Shown here in pieces: positions 1-13,470 of a stretch of DNA of 64,000 nt (positions are counted from its first letter, which is position 1; each line of letters starts with the position of its first letter). The DNA is from Takakia lepidozioides (lineage: Eukaryota > Plantae > Bryophyta): contig CM060731.1 of NCBI GenBank assembly GCA_030704615.1, positions 10,168,001 to 10,232,000 of the forward strand, written 5' to 3'. The position numbers were made by a program, and so were the translations under genes. The notes under the pieces are model-generated. The model did not search any database and had not been told where the DNA came from. It worked only from the letters and a program-made list of their open reading frames with translations.

Positions 1-227
1 GGTGTGTGGAATGATTCGCAGCAGGAACAGTATCACAAAATTAGAATGTCTACGATCCTCTGCAGTGGTGAGGGTGAATGTGGGGAGACATACTGAAGTT
101 ACGAAGTCACTGGGCCTCCGCCTAACCAGGTAGCAATCATCATACATCATTACTCATCCTCAGCCTCCTATAACTTTGACAGAGGGTAAACGAAGCATGC
201 TACAATCAGTCTAAATAATTGACCCAC

Positions 228-2898
228 CTCTCGGCAGTTGCCAACTTAAAAAGAGTTCACGTGCTTGCTCCCCAGTTATCTTCCCATCATGATCAGTGTC
301 CACCTTGCTGAACACACGTGTATACCGCTGCACATCATTTGCAGTCATCTGAGGCCACGAGGATTCCCTTCCAGAGACAGCATGTGGCCGGGCAACAAAA
401 CCTTGTCCCACATCTGGAGATATTGACATAGGTGCAGGAGCTTGGGGAGCAGTGACAATTGCTGGCGATTTCCCCATGCTCACCGAAGACGCAAGTGGTG
501 TAGGGACAGGGGATAGAGGTCCAACTGGCTCCGCTCGAAAAGGAGATTCCCCAAACCCTTGCAAAATTGAAGTAACCTTTGGCTGAGAAGAGGGTGGTGC
601 CGCAGAGGGCTTGGATGTTGGGGCCACAGCAAACAAATCACCTCCAAAGGTACCATCTGCTTTTGCAGGATTATCACTGCTGCCAGAAGTAGCTTTGAAC
701 GCACCACTGAACAAATCTGTACCTGCCTGAAATGCAGGCCCCACAAAAGCATCATATGGGGGAGCCTGTGTCTGTGTTGTTGTGCTTGTTGTTACTGCAG
801 TTGCAGGGGTTATTGGCCTGGATGGTACGGAGGTTGGCGTTGATTGCAAACTGGGTACAGGGGACACACTTGACACCTGAGGAGCAGATGTCGGTGCTGA
901 AGACGTGGGAGGGCGCCAGGTAGAATCTGTGGTGAAAAGGCTTCCAAGTGAGGGCAGTGTCTGCTGCACAGCTGACGCAGGCGGGGCGGGCCTAGGCAGT
1001 GGTTGGAAAGACCCAGTGGGTGCTACCTGCAGTTGACTAGGGTAGCGTCCCATGGAAGGAGTTGGGGTTGCACTACTTCCCTGAGAGGATAATTGCTGTG
1101 GAGGAGGCCCTCCAGATCCTCCCTGTGGACCTGTGGGAGGGGGTCCACTACTTCCCTGAGATGATAATTGCTTAGGAGGTCCTCCAAATCCTCCTTGGGA
1201 ACCTGTGTGAGGGGGTCCGCCACTTCCCTGAGATGATAACTGGTGAGGAGGTCCTCCGAATCCTCCTTGCAAACCTGCATGAGGCAGTCCACCACTTCCG
1301 GTGGATGATACTTGCTGAGGAGGTCCTCCAAATCCTCCTTGCGAACCTGTGTGAGCGAGTCCACCATTTCCCTGAGGAGGCCCTCCAAATCCTCCTTGCG
1401 AACCTGCATGGGCGAGTCCACCATTTCCCTGAGATGGTAATTGCTGAGGAGGCCCTCGAAATCCTCCTTGTGAGCCTGGGTGCGAGGGTGCACCACTTCC
1501 TTGAGATGATAACTGCTGAGGAGGCCCTCTGATTCCTCCTTGTGAACCTGCATGAGGGGGACCCTGCCCAAATCCAGATGGGGGAGGTAGGGGAGTGTTG
1601 ATCCGAGGAGGTGGGATTTGAGCAGCTGCAGGACCAGTCAATGCTGCCCTCACTAGTTCAGGTGTGATGTCCCTCCCTGTTTGAGCCACAGTAACCAGCT
1701 TCAAGGCATTGTAAAACTCAACCCTTGAGAGGTACCCTGTCCGCCCTTGATCGGAAAACTGCCAAATCTGCAACCAACCATTGCCTCATTTGCAGGTCAG
1801 TAGTCTGTATCCAAGTCTGACCAAAAATGTACCCTAATCAGCAAGTGTATCTGCTGAAGTCCAGGACAATCAGAAGAGACGCGACTAGGACACACTACAT
1901 GTTGCTGACCGGTAGTATTTCAAACTCGACATAACCAGTCATTGCTTAAGGAAGGGAGCAAAAACACCACAGACCCAAACACCACATCTGCAAGGTTAGT
2001 TTAAAAATCAGGTCAGAGTGGTGTGAATGCGCTAGAAAGGAAGAAATCCACTTCTGACCACCACATAGTTCTTAAAGGAAATAACGATGGAGCATAACTA
2101 GCTTAAAACCACTATACTTCTAGCTCTTTGAATTGTATCTTAGAAAAGAGATGGGATGACTGATTGTAGTCATGTCTGAGTATGAGTGCCAGTTTCAGCT
2201 CTCTCTCTTGACCTCCCTGAAATTTCTCTGTTATTTCTGAATCAGAGGCACGAGTTCTAATTCGATTAGTAAATCTGTTTTTTCCTTCTCTCTATCTCCT
2301 CTTGGCTCCTGTGTGCAATATCATGCTTCCTTATCTTTCTTGCTTTCTCTAAAGTACTCATCAGAGTCAACCACGTCAGCAACTCTCTGCAGATTACTTT
2401 GTCCCATAGGCCCTCGAGGTCACGTCTAGCCGAAGTGCAGGGGCTACAATCTTCAAAAAATCTGAACATAATCTGGTGAAAAAGAGTGAGTACTGGAAGG
2501 CACAAATCACATTCTGGGAAACCTTTTGCAGGATTACAGTCGTGCATCATCAAATACCGGCCTCAGTCTCAGTTACCCGATTCCTAAGACTATCAGTGTG
2601 ACAGACGATTCAAATTAGATGAACCTCCCTACAGCTCTAGGGTATGGGGAAACGACATAGCATAGAAAACGAGGTCCGAGACAGCTACATACTGGAGATA
2701 AGACATATCACGTTTAATAGAAGACTCCAGGTGTGAAAGAACGAAGTTCTGCAAGGTGAGGGTGAGGACCTTAGCAAGCGTCACTTGAGGGAGACTGGCA
2801 CCCTGGAAGAATGCCACAGCCTCTGCACCGCTGATGCGACCATCATGGTCCAAATCGGCCCTTCGAAAATAGGAATCAAACACCTCTGCATTCGCCAT
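228..2898 (-). CDS. EH-domain endocytic adaptor (AtEH/Pan1-like), first two coding exons; gene continues beyond window start
   Basis: Exon 1 2898-2770 (MANAEVFDSYFRRADLDHDGRISGAEAVAFF..LAK|GT). Exon 2 1767-228 (AG|IWQFSDQGRTGYLSRVEFYNALKLVTVAQ, a long P/G/Q/S-rich linker, then a second EH domain WPQMT..YTRVFSKVDTDHDGKITGEQARELFLSWQLPR|GT). GT-AG junctions keep the frame. Confidence 0.93.
1070..1565 (-). repeat. Coding tandem repeat, 72-bp/24-aa unit (QQLSSQGSGGPPHxGSQGGFGGPP), ~7 copies
   Basis: Visible in the translation and in DNA (aggtcctccaaatcctccttg.. recurs); one unit is shortened to 19 aa. Confidence 0.9.
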
Positions 2899-4469
2899 TA
2901 TTTTTAGCTTCTAGAAGCTATGTTATTTTTTACGTTAGGCTGTCCTTGTTGAATCGAAATCGTTTATAAACTGCAGTCAACTTCATCATACGCCCCTTTA
3001 AACTGTCGCAGCTCGCAGAAGAAAGTAGAAGGCAGATGAAATAAGGAAAGATCTTCCATAAGACATCAAGGAAGAAAGAGCAAAGAGAGGAAAGAGGCAA
3101 ACAGGAAGACGAGGCTCGGAAATGAGAGAAAAAGGCACTGGATACAGACTTGATTGCTCGACAATCCTAACCTCAACTAAAAGGTTCTACATGATGCCAA
3201 AGATCACCCAAGGCAACCTCCAGTGGAATCGCATTATTCTACGCACATCTAAACCCGCAACCAACCCTAACTGCCTATGCTCAGATGTCCCATATCCATC
3301 CGAGCCTCTCGAATCTCCAAAAGCTCTGTATTCAGACCTACATTCCCGGGTCAAATCCAAAAAACGAGAAGCATCCCGCCTCCCTCATCGGCTCATTCCA
3401 GCTTCCATGCTGCGATCTCTGCTACAATCCCCAGGGATCCAAAATGCAAAAGACTTTCAGCAGCAACAGCAACGAGTTACCCTGTCTAGCACTTGTTCCT
3501 AACCCGACTTCCACAATGTTTTTCCCTCGCGAGGCACTATCCGAGAAGATGGTGCGGAAAAGAGGAAGGGCGAAGAAGAGGCAAAGATGCCTTGCGGACA
3601 GCATTATTACTTTCCCCCTCCAATCGACCGGGTCACCGGCCGTTCTGGCGCCCGTATCACTTTACATCTGTCAGTCCAATATGGATGAATGTTAAAATGG
3701 ATGTAAGAAAAACTGCGGAACGTGGATGGAGTTGGTGTCTTGGATGTGTGAAACAGGTTTCTCATCGACATAACCTATTTGGATGTAAACTTGGACCCGG
3801 CTTGACCCGTCACTCTTTCGGGGATTGAGCGGGGGCACCTGCGCAAACTGCTCTCAATCATGCAGGGCTGTGAATAAGTGCATACTTACTACTGATGCAG
3901 TGGCCAGTTCATTTTCTTGAGTGATCTCATAATCCAACTGAGTATGGACTTTTAGAAAGCTGAGACATGACCCATCTATTCATAGACAAAGAGAAGAATT
4001 CATGCAAACAGTCACATATTTGGACAAGAATGGTTCCGAAAAGAGACAAAGAGAGTGGAAGAAAGAGATTTAGAATGTCATAGAATAGAGAGTGACTAGC
4101 TTAGAATACAGAACACCAGGTACTGAGAAGCATGCCAATCACCTACTGAGGGCTATCAATGTGAACTTGAGACTTTCAAGATTCATAAATTTCCAGCAAA
4201 AAAATGGCTGTTGACACAGTTATGTCTTGACACACTGCTGGTTCATCAAGAAAACCAATTGTTAAGCTGTTAAAAGGAGGTGATAGCCGGTTGCATTCTC
4301 AATCCATACTTGCAGCCGAAGACTAGAACACTCTCCCTTCTGTAAAAACTGTGCACCTTGACTTAATTTAGTCATGATGTTGTGTATGAAAACTGATTGG
4401 CAAAGGCAGCCCAATTGCGCAGCCGGATGCTGGGTATACATCAAAGTGGTGTGTAATGCTGTACAAATA

Positions 4470-6205
4470 CTACGTGCCACCGTTGATACGCTCACACTCA
4501 TCGATCCAGTCACTGTAACTGAAACAGCTTACACAGGAAAGAAACAGTGAGACTTTTCAGAATACATACTAATATGAACCCCAAACCTTGAGAACCATAC
4601 AAATATTAGCCCCAAAAGCATGTCGTAACAACAGAAGTGTTTGACTACACGCTGTAACTTGCAAGAGAGGGGAGAGGCAGAGAGATGACAGAGACACTTT
4701 GCTCACAAACACAAAGATCCAAAACGTAATGTTTTTGAGTTGTGGCATACCCACCACCAAAACACATACTCTATTCATACATGACACCTTCAAATCCCTA
4801 CAACAGAAATTCAATGGGTGGTAAATTACTCACGAAGTAAAGGAATACGTACACGTCAATCGGCTCGCTTAAGGCTGCAAAACCAGAACAGACAAATGTC
4901 AGCAACTGTGGTTCAGGCAGGGACAAAGAAATAACCTGTCAATAGCATCACTTCAGAACCTGCTTGATCCTTATGGCTGTTGCAAACAAGCAGAGACAGA
5001 TGCCCGACTATGATATTCCTAGCACCCAACCTGAGAGCCTCATGGCTTCTAGCACGTGTCAAACCTCTCTTACAGGCTACCGCCAATACAGCAAGACTTT
5101 CCAGAGACCAACCAGTCTCTGGAATAAAAGCTCATCAACATCATGAGGAAAGAAATAACATACAATCGATGGTTGTGGTGAACTTCTCCTGGCATATCCT
5201 GCAAGATATCTCAGCAATTTGGTCCTTCCGATCCCTGTCAGACAGCGAAGCTTCACAGATTACTAACACATCCTCCTGAGTACCCTACCCCATTCAACAC
5301 GACCTCACAGGCCCACGCCTACAGGCATACCGGCTGCCATTGAGGGAAAATCCTCCCTGTGGACATTCAAAGCCTTGCTTCCATCACCAATTCACCTATG
5401 TTATCAACATGAAATTGTATTTGGAAGGTGCCAACTCATACACCGATGAGTCTTTACACGATCATGAATCTTACAAATCCCTGAATAATAGATAGTCCAG
5501 TATCCAACCCCTCCCCCCCCCACCCAACCTTGACAAACCAATCCTACAGTGTCCCACAAGACAATGTAGTCAAAAGCTGCTTAGTACAGATTATGAGATT
5601 CTGGTAGCACATGCCCGCCTACCATCATCCAGTGCTGACCTCACCTCCAAACACGGCTCCCATGTTCTCCTTCAGAGCTGACACAATGGACAGTCCGAAA
5701 CTACAGTAGTCCTACCGCATATGATAGAGCGTGCACGCTAGGGTACAGTCTCGGATTTGCAACAGGGCCCTCTGTGGAGATTTCCTTTCAGATGACAATC
5801 CGATGTGCAACCTAGCTACCTAATGACCTTCCGCATACAAAAATTCCCAGAATGCATCAAGGAGAACCAATATTTCTTCTTCGAAAGGAATCCCACAGGA
5901 CATCTGTCCATGTACAATATACCTCCAATTACCTGGTCATAGAGTGAGCTGCCTACGTCCTACGTTCCACTTTCGACCAATTGGATTCAAATCACGCACA
6001 ATTGCCCGTAAATGGCCCGTAATTGCCACGAAACCAAACACAGGAGTAGGATCCAAAAACACATACACACAAAAGAGAGTCGGACCACGTACATGCGACA
6101 CTCAACACTGTCCTCATGATTGCAAAAGGGGCAGCTGAACACAATGGCCAGCTTCTCCCGACCCTTCTTGGTTGGGGGCTTCACTGCAGACTTCCGCTTC
6201 CCCAT
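4470..6205 (-). CDS. ELF1: Transcription elongation factor 1 homolog (Zn ribbon), 4 coding exons
   Basis: MGKRKSAVKPPTKKGREKLAIVFSCPFCNHEDSVECRM | DRKDQIAEISCRICQEKFTTTID (~5234-5164) | SLSEPIDV (~4874-4853) | YSDWIDECERINGGT* (~4518-4470). All junctions GT-AG. Confidence 0.96.
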
Positions 6206-6900
6206 CTCTCCTCTTCCTCGCAAGAATCTAAGCTCCCTAAGAGACGATACAGAAAGCTATAAAATGGCCACGGGCAACTGGAGAAGCTGAATCCGAAAAG
6301 AAGGCGTTATGACAGCTACCCTTTGGGCGGGATCTGGAGATCCGAAATCCGGAAACCCAACTAGGAATTGCCTGCTGCTTCTGTTGGATGATAACAGTCC
6401 AGTCGACTGCTATGTGGAAGTTGATGATTGGCGATTCTTCAACGGTATCACATGAGTACAGCTGCAACCAAGTTTAGTTTATGATTTACCAAAACAACCG
6501 GGATTGTTGCTTGGTGGGTTCAAGGATTTTGTCTCCAATTGATTCGTTAGTTCATCACACTTACTTTTTCGGCGGGTGTCACAGACTGGCAGGTGGCAAA
6601 TTGAGAGTGTATCGAGGTGGCAGCATTGCGACTTCCGCAATCAATGAGGACGAATACGGCGAATTTGTGATGTGGCTTATGTACTGTGAAATCGTAGTAC
6701 TGTCCCGCCCTCCCGTGGAGCAAACTGTACACTGACGTCAAAGGCAAGGCATATATCAGTTGCCAGACGAAGACTATCTGCTGTACCAGTGTGTGCGGAT
6801 TGCAGATTCCCCGGATGTTACTTGTGGGTTCTCGGTACCGAAGGTGCATTGCACAGCTTTGACGTGATTGATTGAGGGGGAAAGTTTTGAGAGGTGGCAG

Positions 6901-9900
6901 ATGGTGTTCCCTCTTGCGCGCCCGCTTCATTTGGTGTGGAATCGACCCTGTGCGCGCTTCCTTCCATCCCTGCAGTAAGTGTTTTCTCTTTCATGATGGT
7001 TGTAGTCCAAATGATAGGGTTGATTGAAATATTGATTCGATGGATGTCAATGGCTTGCGTGCTGTTTGTTGTACTAATTTGACGAGAAACAGAAAAGATA
7101 GGCATGCTTTGCTTGTCTAGAATGACAAGATAGAACCGTTGTCTCTGAAAACAACGGAAGACATTCGTGAGTGAGACCAAGCTACCTTAAGGCACTGAAA
7201 ATTGCATGTGCAGTGTTTTCCCCCAAACCCTTCCTTTCTTCCAACGACTAAATGGACAAAGATACCTTCACCATGTGCCTTCACACTGCAGTGAAGCCAT
7301 GAAATTAGACTGAATTGTGTTCTCAGTTGATGTCATTGAGCAGAGCTATGAATTTGGAAAAGTGGGACAAGCTGACCCAACAGAAGTCTCTGCGATCACA
7401 ATTGAATTTTCAGGTTGGTATATCCTTCAAGTCCTCACTGTTCAAGAGGTTCTTGTGTTTCTCTCCCTCCCTGCCTTGTGGCAATGGGGCATGAAAACTC
7501 TCTCCTTGTTGGAATAATTCTGTCTTATTCTTTTCTTGCCTTCATAGTTCCTTTCCTTCTTCGTTCTTTCTCTTCCTGCATGTACAATTACATCCCCTTC
7601 TGTTACAAGGAGGTGGAAATGACATTTCTCCTGATTCTCTTATCCTTTCGGATTTCTTATCACCTCGCCTCGGCTGTTGTCGTGGAACAGAGTTCAAGCT
7701 TCCTCAGCAGAAATTTTGGCTCATCATTTTCCCTTATAAATGGACAAGTGAATACCTGGCCAAAGACTTTTCCTTCGAGTGTCAAGGCATCTGCTGGTGG
7801 GAATAATGGGTTAAGAAGCTGGGATGGTGGGTTGAATGAACAAGTGAGACATAAGGGGGCACTTCGAGACTTTTTCGGTGGCTTACTACAAGGTTTTCTG
7901 AAGCTATTGGGTGTAGTTCTTTTGGTCTCTGCAGTTGTCATAGCTGGGGCCCCATCCTTCCTATCATGGCCAGCAGGGCTCAAGATGGTTGTCAAGTTGG
8001 CCAATCATACTATTCCAGGTATTTCCTCCATCTGGGAGGTGGGCTCTACTCAATATCGGTGTGAGAATTTTTTAAACATGGCTGTTTTTTTATTACTATT
8101 AGCCCATGCAACAGATACTAATGTTACCAGCTGGCTTGGTTGTGAATAACTAATTTTCAATAGTGTAAGTTGTCACTACATTAATGTGATGAGCTCTACC
8201 CATGGTTGAAATGGTACAAAACCTTTCTTGGCGTGAAAGGAGCAACCTGGTATTGATTTTGATTATAGGGCTTCCATAGAAGATTTAAGGCCAAAGTCAA
8301 CCCATTCTGATGAGGTAAGTGACTTGCAGGCACACTTTCAGTGGCATCTGTATCACTTGGCTGGACAAAGCCAGTTTGTGTGGAAGGGATCACCTTGAAC
8401 GGCGTGGATGGTAGAACGGTGTTATCAATCCCCAAAGTGGAGTCAAGAGCTCCACTTTACTCTATTGTTACAGGAAGGACTGGCCTCGGTAGGGCTCTCT
8501 GACCCTGTCAACTATTGGCTGTGCTCTTTCTTATGGACTGCAATCAATAGCCTGTCCTCAAAGATGTTGCTGCATCTCTCACATAAAGTATAAACACATG
8601 TGTGCTGTGGTAACAATCGGTATCCATGTATACCTGTATTTTTTCGTTTTGACATCGGTAGTTGCCTTTGGTCCTCTGCATACTATTTCTTCTTACCGTT
8701 GTCACTTTTCTGCTGATGCCAAGCTGAGTAGGGGATTGACGATAAGGTATAAGGGGTTTTTTGAGTAGATTGTGTAGCTACCTCCTTGTGTATTTATGTA
8801 AGGAGTTCAATCTAAGGTGGTTGTTCGATTCAGTCTTCTTTTTCGATGACTGCAAACAGCAGTCTAGACTCCTTACAGGGTTCACCACTAATTGGCATAG
8901 TCACCGTAGTAGTCATGTGCTACATGAGAGTTTGAAGGTGCTGGATTGCTGGTTTTGGCCAATAATCAAGTTTGCTTCTCTAGAAATTACCATCCTTTGG
9001 AATGAGCTGCACTTTAACAAGCCAAGAATCATAGGGGACTATGTTTACTCCGAATGATTACAGGTGGATAGATGTTGTGGCCATGATACAGGGGATTCAG
9101 TCATCACTGCACCTGTGGTTGATATGCAGCAAGACCCAGGGAGTGGTCAACCTCACCTTGCTCTGGCACTCGTGGCGGCTGACAAGCTCGAAGCATCAAA
9201 ACTACATGCTGAAAAGAAAACCAAGCCTCCAATGCCAGTTGAGCCCTCGGCTGATGTGGCATTGACTGTGAAGATAAAGGTTCCCAAAGGAGACCTGGAA
9301 GTGACTCAAGGGACGCTCACTCTGCCTGGTGATGTAGCTGCTGTGGTGGGCCCCAAGGTATTTTTTGAGGGTGCACTCGGCCATTGGGCTACTGAAGAGA
9401 GCAACGAACTGCAACAAGCATTGTCTGAACACCCCAGGAACGTGCCGTTGCGTGTTTCTCTGTGGTCAGATCGAGCACAGGCTGAGGCCATGGGATTCTT
9501 GAATTTGAGGACGGGGAAGGTGGATCTTCTCAGGCCCATGAAGGCTGAGGTCTGGGAACCATGAGTGTCTCTTTTGGTTCAAGTCTTTCATAAAGATTCT
9601 ATGCTGAATGAAGGTATATGAACCTTGAGACAGAAGGGCAGAGTGGGACTCTCTTTAAAAGTGTTACTTTGTATGCAGATGGATTTGACACCAGCTGTGG
9701 GAAAACTTTACTTGGCTCGAGTGAACCCTCTACTGGGTGAGGTTGTAGGCCCGGCAATTAACGAGGAGGACTTACCTGATATCACTGTATATGTGGCACC
9801 TACTGATTTGATTCTGCCTGCTGAAGAGTACTCTATCCGGATTGAACCCATGAAAGTGGTATGGCTTTCCCTCTGACTAGAGAATAAACCCTAAGAGAGA

Positions 9901-11104
9901 CTCAGAAACAACCATCTTGCAAGGCTGCCAGAGAGCTGTTGGATTTGAACATAATGGTTTCATTTGGTAGGATCCTAGAGTGTATTTTTAAGAAGAGGTA
10001 TGCATTCGTCAGTTAAGCTAGGTGTATAATTGGTGTTGTGCTCCAACTGTATGTCTCATGCTCTTTTGGCTGGCAGACTTTGGCAAAGGGGCAATTGGTG
10101 GATGGAGTTTTGTCTCTCCTCTCAAAGCAGGATCTGGCCAAGGGAAAGTCACGGCTCACTATGCAGACTTCAGCCATTGAGGCAATTGTCAATGTGGATG
10201 GAAAACTTGCATGCTCACGACTGGACCTCCTCATTGCTGGTACCAGACACTAGCACAACTTTCACTTGGGGATTTATGACTTTTACGGTTCAAATTAACT
10301 TCTCAGTCTTCAGACTGTATGCACTGAAAACAAGCTATATGTAAATTACTTATGTTCTCTTCAAAACCTTGTCACTGTTTTCTGTATTGAGAGAGATATG
10401 CACTCAGGTCTGCTCATGAAGTCATGCTTGCTGTATGGTATGTGTGAGATATTGACAGAAGGAAACGAGAGTTGACAGAAACAAGACGTCATGCCTGGTA
10501 GCTTTTTGGACGACCAAAGGGTGAAATTGACACCCACTGTCTGTTCTTGCAGATAGAGTGCATGTAGCAACCTGGGGACTCATGGACCACGTACGGGAGA
10601 CCATGCAGATGACGCTGGCAATCCCAGGAAGTACATTGAGAGACCTTCTTGGGCTGTCCAAAGTTCAACCCAATTACTACTTGAAGGTGTGTTGCAAAGA
10701 TGTGTTTCACAGTCCTTTGGGGGTCATATAGACACATACAGACATGTCCTGTAATGGCACTCATCAACCAGGAATCCAGGACCTATATTGGATAACCAAA
10801 AACTAGACCCCCCGCTAAGGCAGATTGGTGAACAAAGATGCCATACATCATTGAAATTGTTTCCATCCTGGTGAGGTGTTATATACTTTAATACACCTCT
10901 GCAATGTCTTGCTAGCAGATTCCTATCCGAGGCACATTTGAGCGACCGCAGGTGGACTGGATGGTGGCTGGCAAAGGCATTGCGCAGCTCACACTGCGGC
11001 AACAAAAGGGAGGCGAGTTTTTTTCCAGTTTCTTTCAACAGTTGGAGACTCCAGACACAGGAGTTCCAGAACCTATTGATGTTCTCCCATGGGCTTCTCA
11101 ATGA
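6901..11104 (+). CDS. Uncharacterised ~650-aa protein, ~8 exons; candidate AsmA-like (repeating beta-groove) organellar protein
   Basis: Phase-compatible exons ~6901-6974, 7414-8018, 8330-8488, 9092-9549, 9679-9855, 10077-10239, 10553-10686, 10919-11104. Ser-rich leader, then a TM helix (LLGVVLLVSAVVIAGAP) and beta-rich segments. Ends ..VATWG..MTLAIPG..IPIRGTFERPQVDW..VPEPIDVLPWASQ*. The gene is well supported; the family call is inference. Confidence 0.75.
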
Positions 11105-13342
11105 TAGCAGTTTTGAAACTTTGGTCTAGTGTGCACCTGTTACGGGTCTTATGGTTTGTGGTGGATTTTGGATGCTGTCAGAGCAATGTTTTCCAAGGCA
11201 AACAAGTTTAAGCCTAGCTCATTAGTCGGCAGAATACAAGAAATAAGGAAGTAAGAATCTTCATTAGTGCACAATGGGAAAAACTTTGACCAATTCTCAA
11301 TGTGTGTGTGTCATCCTTAAAGAGACCTTTGCTGTGTTGTTCCAATCTCATCACGTGTCTCTGGAGAAGAAACAAAACCATGCATGTGTGTGAGAGAGAG
11401 GGAGAGGGAGAAGGCCATAGACCCCGCGTCCATTTGGGGTGTAGTGTGTGGCCCAAAGGCACTTAATTTCAACGTTCTGGTGGTATCTGATGTAGTACCC
11501 TTGGTATGTTGTTTAGTCATCAAGATTAGTTAGGTCCAAGATCATTTGTCACACACCTCAACCATGTTCAGCCCTTTCAACATGTCATTCCCTAAACCAT
11601 AGGTCGATAGAAACCAGATTTTGAACTGTTATGTTGTCCAAGATAGCATGACATTGTCTCATATTATTCTCACCTGACTGCGCTATGGAAGAATGCTACC
11701 ATTGGGGCAGCAGCCATTGCCTCTTGTGAATGGTACACAACACATCATTACTACCTAGTGTATTTTTCGGAGCATCGGTTGAGAATAACCAAGGTTCATG
11801 GATGATCATAAAAGTTCAATCATTCGTACACTTTCCTCATGTCATAATACTTCAGATAAGATTATGACAGAGGTAGTAAGGACAAGTGAAGCATAGGAAT
11901 GAGGTAGAGACTGACACTTCAAGCCACCTTTTGTTTGCGTACAAATGCTTTTTGAAGAAGCCCAGTGCTGTCAGAGAGCTTGATATGCTTGTGGCGGTTG
12001 TGACGCGGTCTATTGGGTTGCAGTCTGTATGGTGCTTCGATTCTGAGACCTTCAGTCACTGGCTGTGTGCCAGGAGTGGTCCCTATGGTGTCCAGCAATG
12101 GAGGGGCTTCGAGGCCCTATTCCTCGACAGCAAACTCTCCACTAGGAAATAGCTCGACTGCACAAGAAGCAAGGAAATCGTCTTCTGTACCAAACTATGA
12201 TTTCTCCTCTAAAACATGTGACACTGTCCAACAGGGATCCGTGACCAGTGGATTGGTGATGAGTACACACACACTTATGTCAGTAAAATGCATACACAAA
12301 TATGAAAGGTGAAGCCCCAGCTGATTCTGGTAGTCACTTCTTCTCAATGTCTGCTCTCTCCTTTTTGGTTCCAATCATGTGCATAAATTTACAGAAAATT
12401 CAGAATGGCACTCAGAAAATTCACATGCATGTTGCAACCTAAGTTTTCGACCATTTTTTAGCATTTGAAGATGTAGGGACTCAAAAAGCAACTGGGGTAT
12501 CAAAAAGCAGATCAGGTTCTCAGGAACTCTCAGAGTCATAGTTCCAGTTTTCCCTTACACACAAAGCTCTAGTTTGACCAGCAAACTTTTGGTGTAGCAT
12601 CAACCGGGCTTGCCCGGCCCATTAAATCAGAAGTTGGTGTACATAGTTTGGTTCACAATTTACATCCTAACCCAAATAGGATAGAAAAAAAGGAATTTAT
12701 TGTGCCACCTCGAGCCCGAGCTGGAGCCTGAATAGACTTGAGAGAGAGAAAAAGTTTCGACCAAAAAGATAAGACTTGAGCTCATAACAATAAAATAGGG
12801 CATGCACTGGGGACTATCACGTCATTCAAATGAGTGCTAGCAAACTGACTTTGACTTGCAAGATCATGACCTTGAGCTAGTCACTCCCCATGAAGTAACC
12901 TAAGCCTGCTCTCTTATGAAGAGAAAGCATTATACACGCATGAATGGACATATGTCTCTTAGATCAAACCTACACGTGATAGACTATGCAGCTCTCCCTT
13001 GAGTCTTGTGACTTCCTCTATGAGACCATCAAAATTGGTATCACAATGTAATGAGATCAATTGATGAGTTCACAATGTATTAAATATGAATGATAATCAA
13101 TGGCATGATGTCAAGATTCTGCGAAGTGGTGAGGCCCTCCGAAAAGGGTTGATCCAACAAACGAGATAGCATATGGTGCGTTGACAATGACCTGCAAACA
13201 AACACCATGAGCGTTCCACCTTGCGTCCTTTGGTGCCAAGTAGTTGGTTCGTTGGAGAGATCATTTGTGAAGGTGGGCACATGCAGATCGGCTTGATCGA
13301 CTGTCTGGTTTGTGCAACAACTTGGTAGTATCTGTGCATCAA

Positions 13343-13470
13343 AGGCCAGCCTCGCTGCGAATGTAAAAGTGGACTCTGCGACAGCCTGTCCACCAAGGAT
13401 GAACTATAACTTGGCTTTACCATCCAGGCTGTTGCAAAGTCCACTTCTACACTCACAGCGAGGCTGGCCT
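13343..13470. repeat. Inverted repeat, 46-bp arms (13343-13388 / 13425-13470), 36-bp loop
   Basis: aggccagcctcgctgcgaatgtaaaagtggactctgcgacagcctg versus the reverse complement of arm 2, aggccagcctcgctgtgagtgtagaagtggactttgcaacagcctg; 5 transition differences. Confidence 0.92.

Noticed and set aside
1023-1571. Alternative-frame ORFs over the EH repeat
   Set aside because: Shadows of the 72-bp coding repeat.
11950-12250. Coding-like minus-strand stretch (EDDFLASCAVELFP..)
   Set aside because: Contains a stop and has no identifiable homology.
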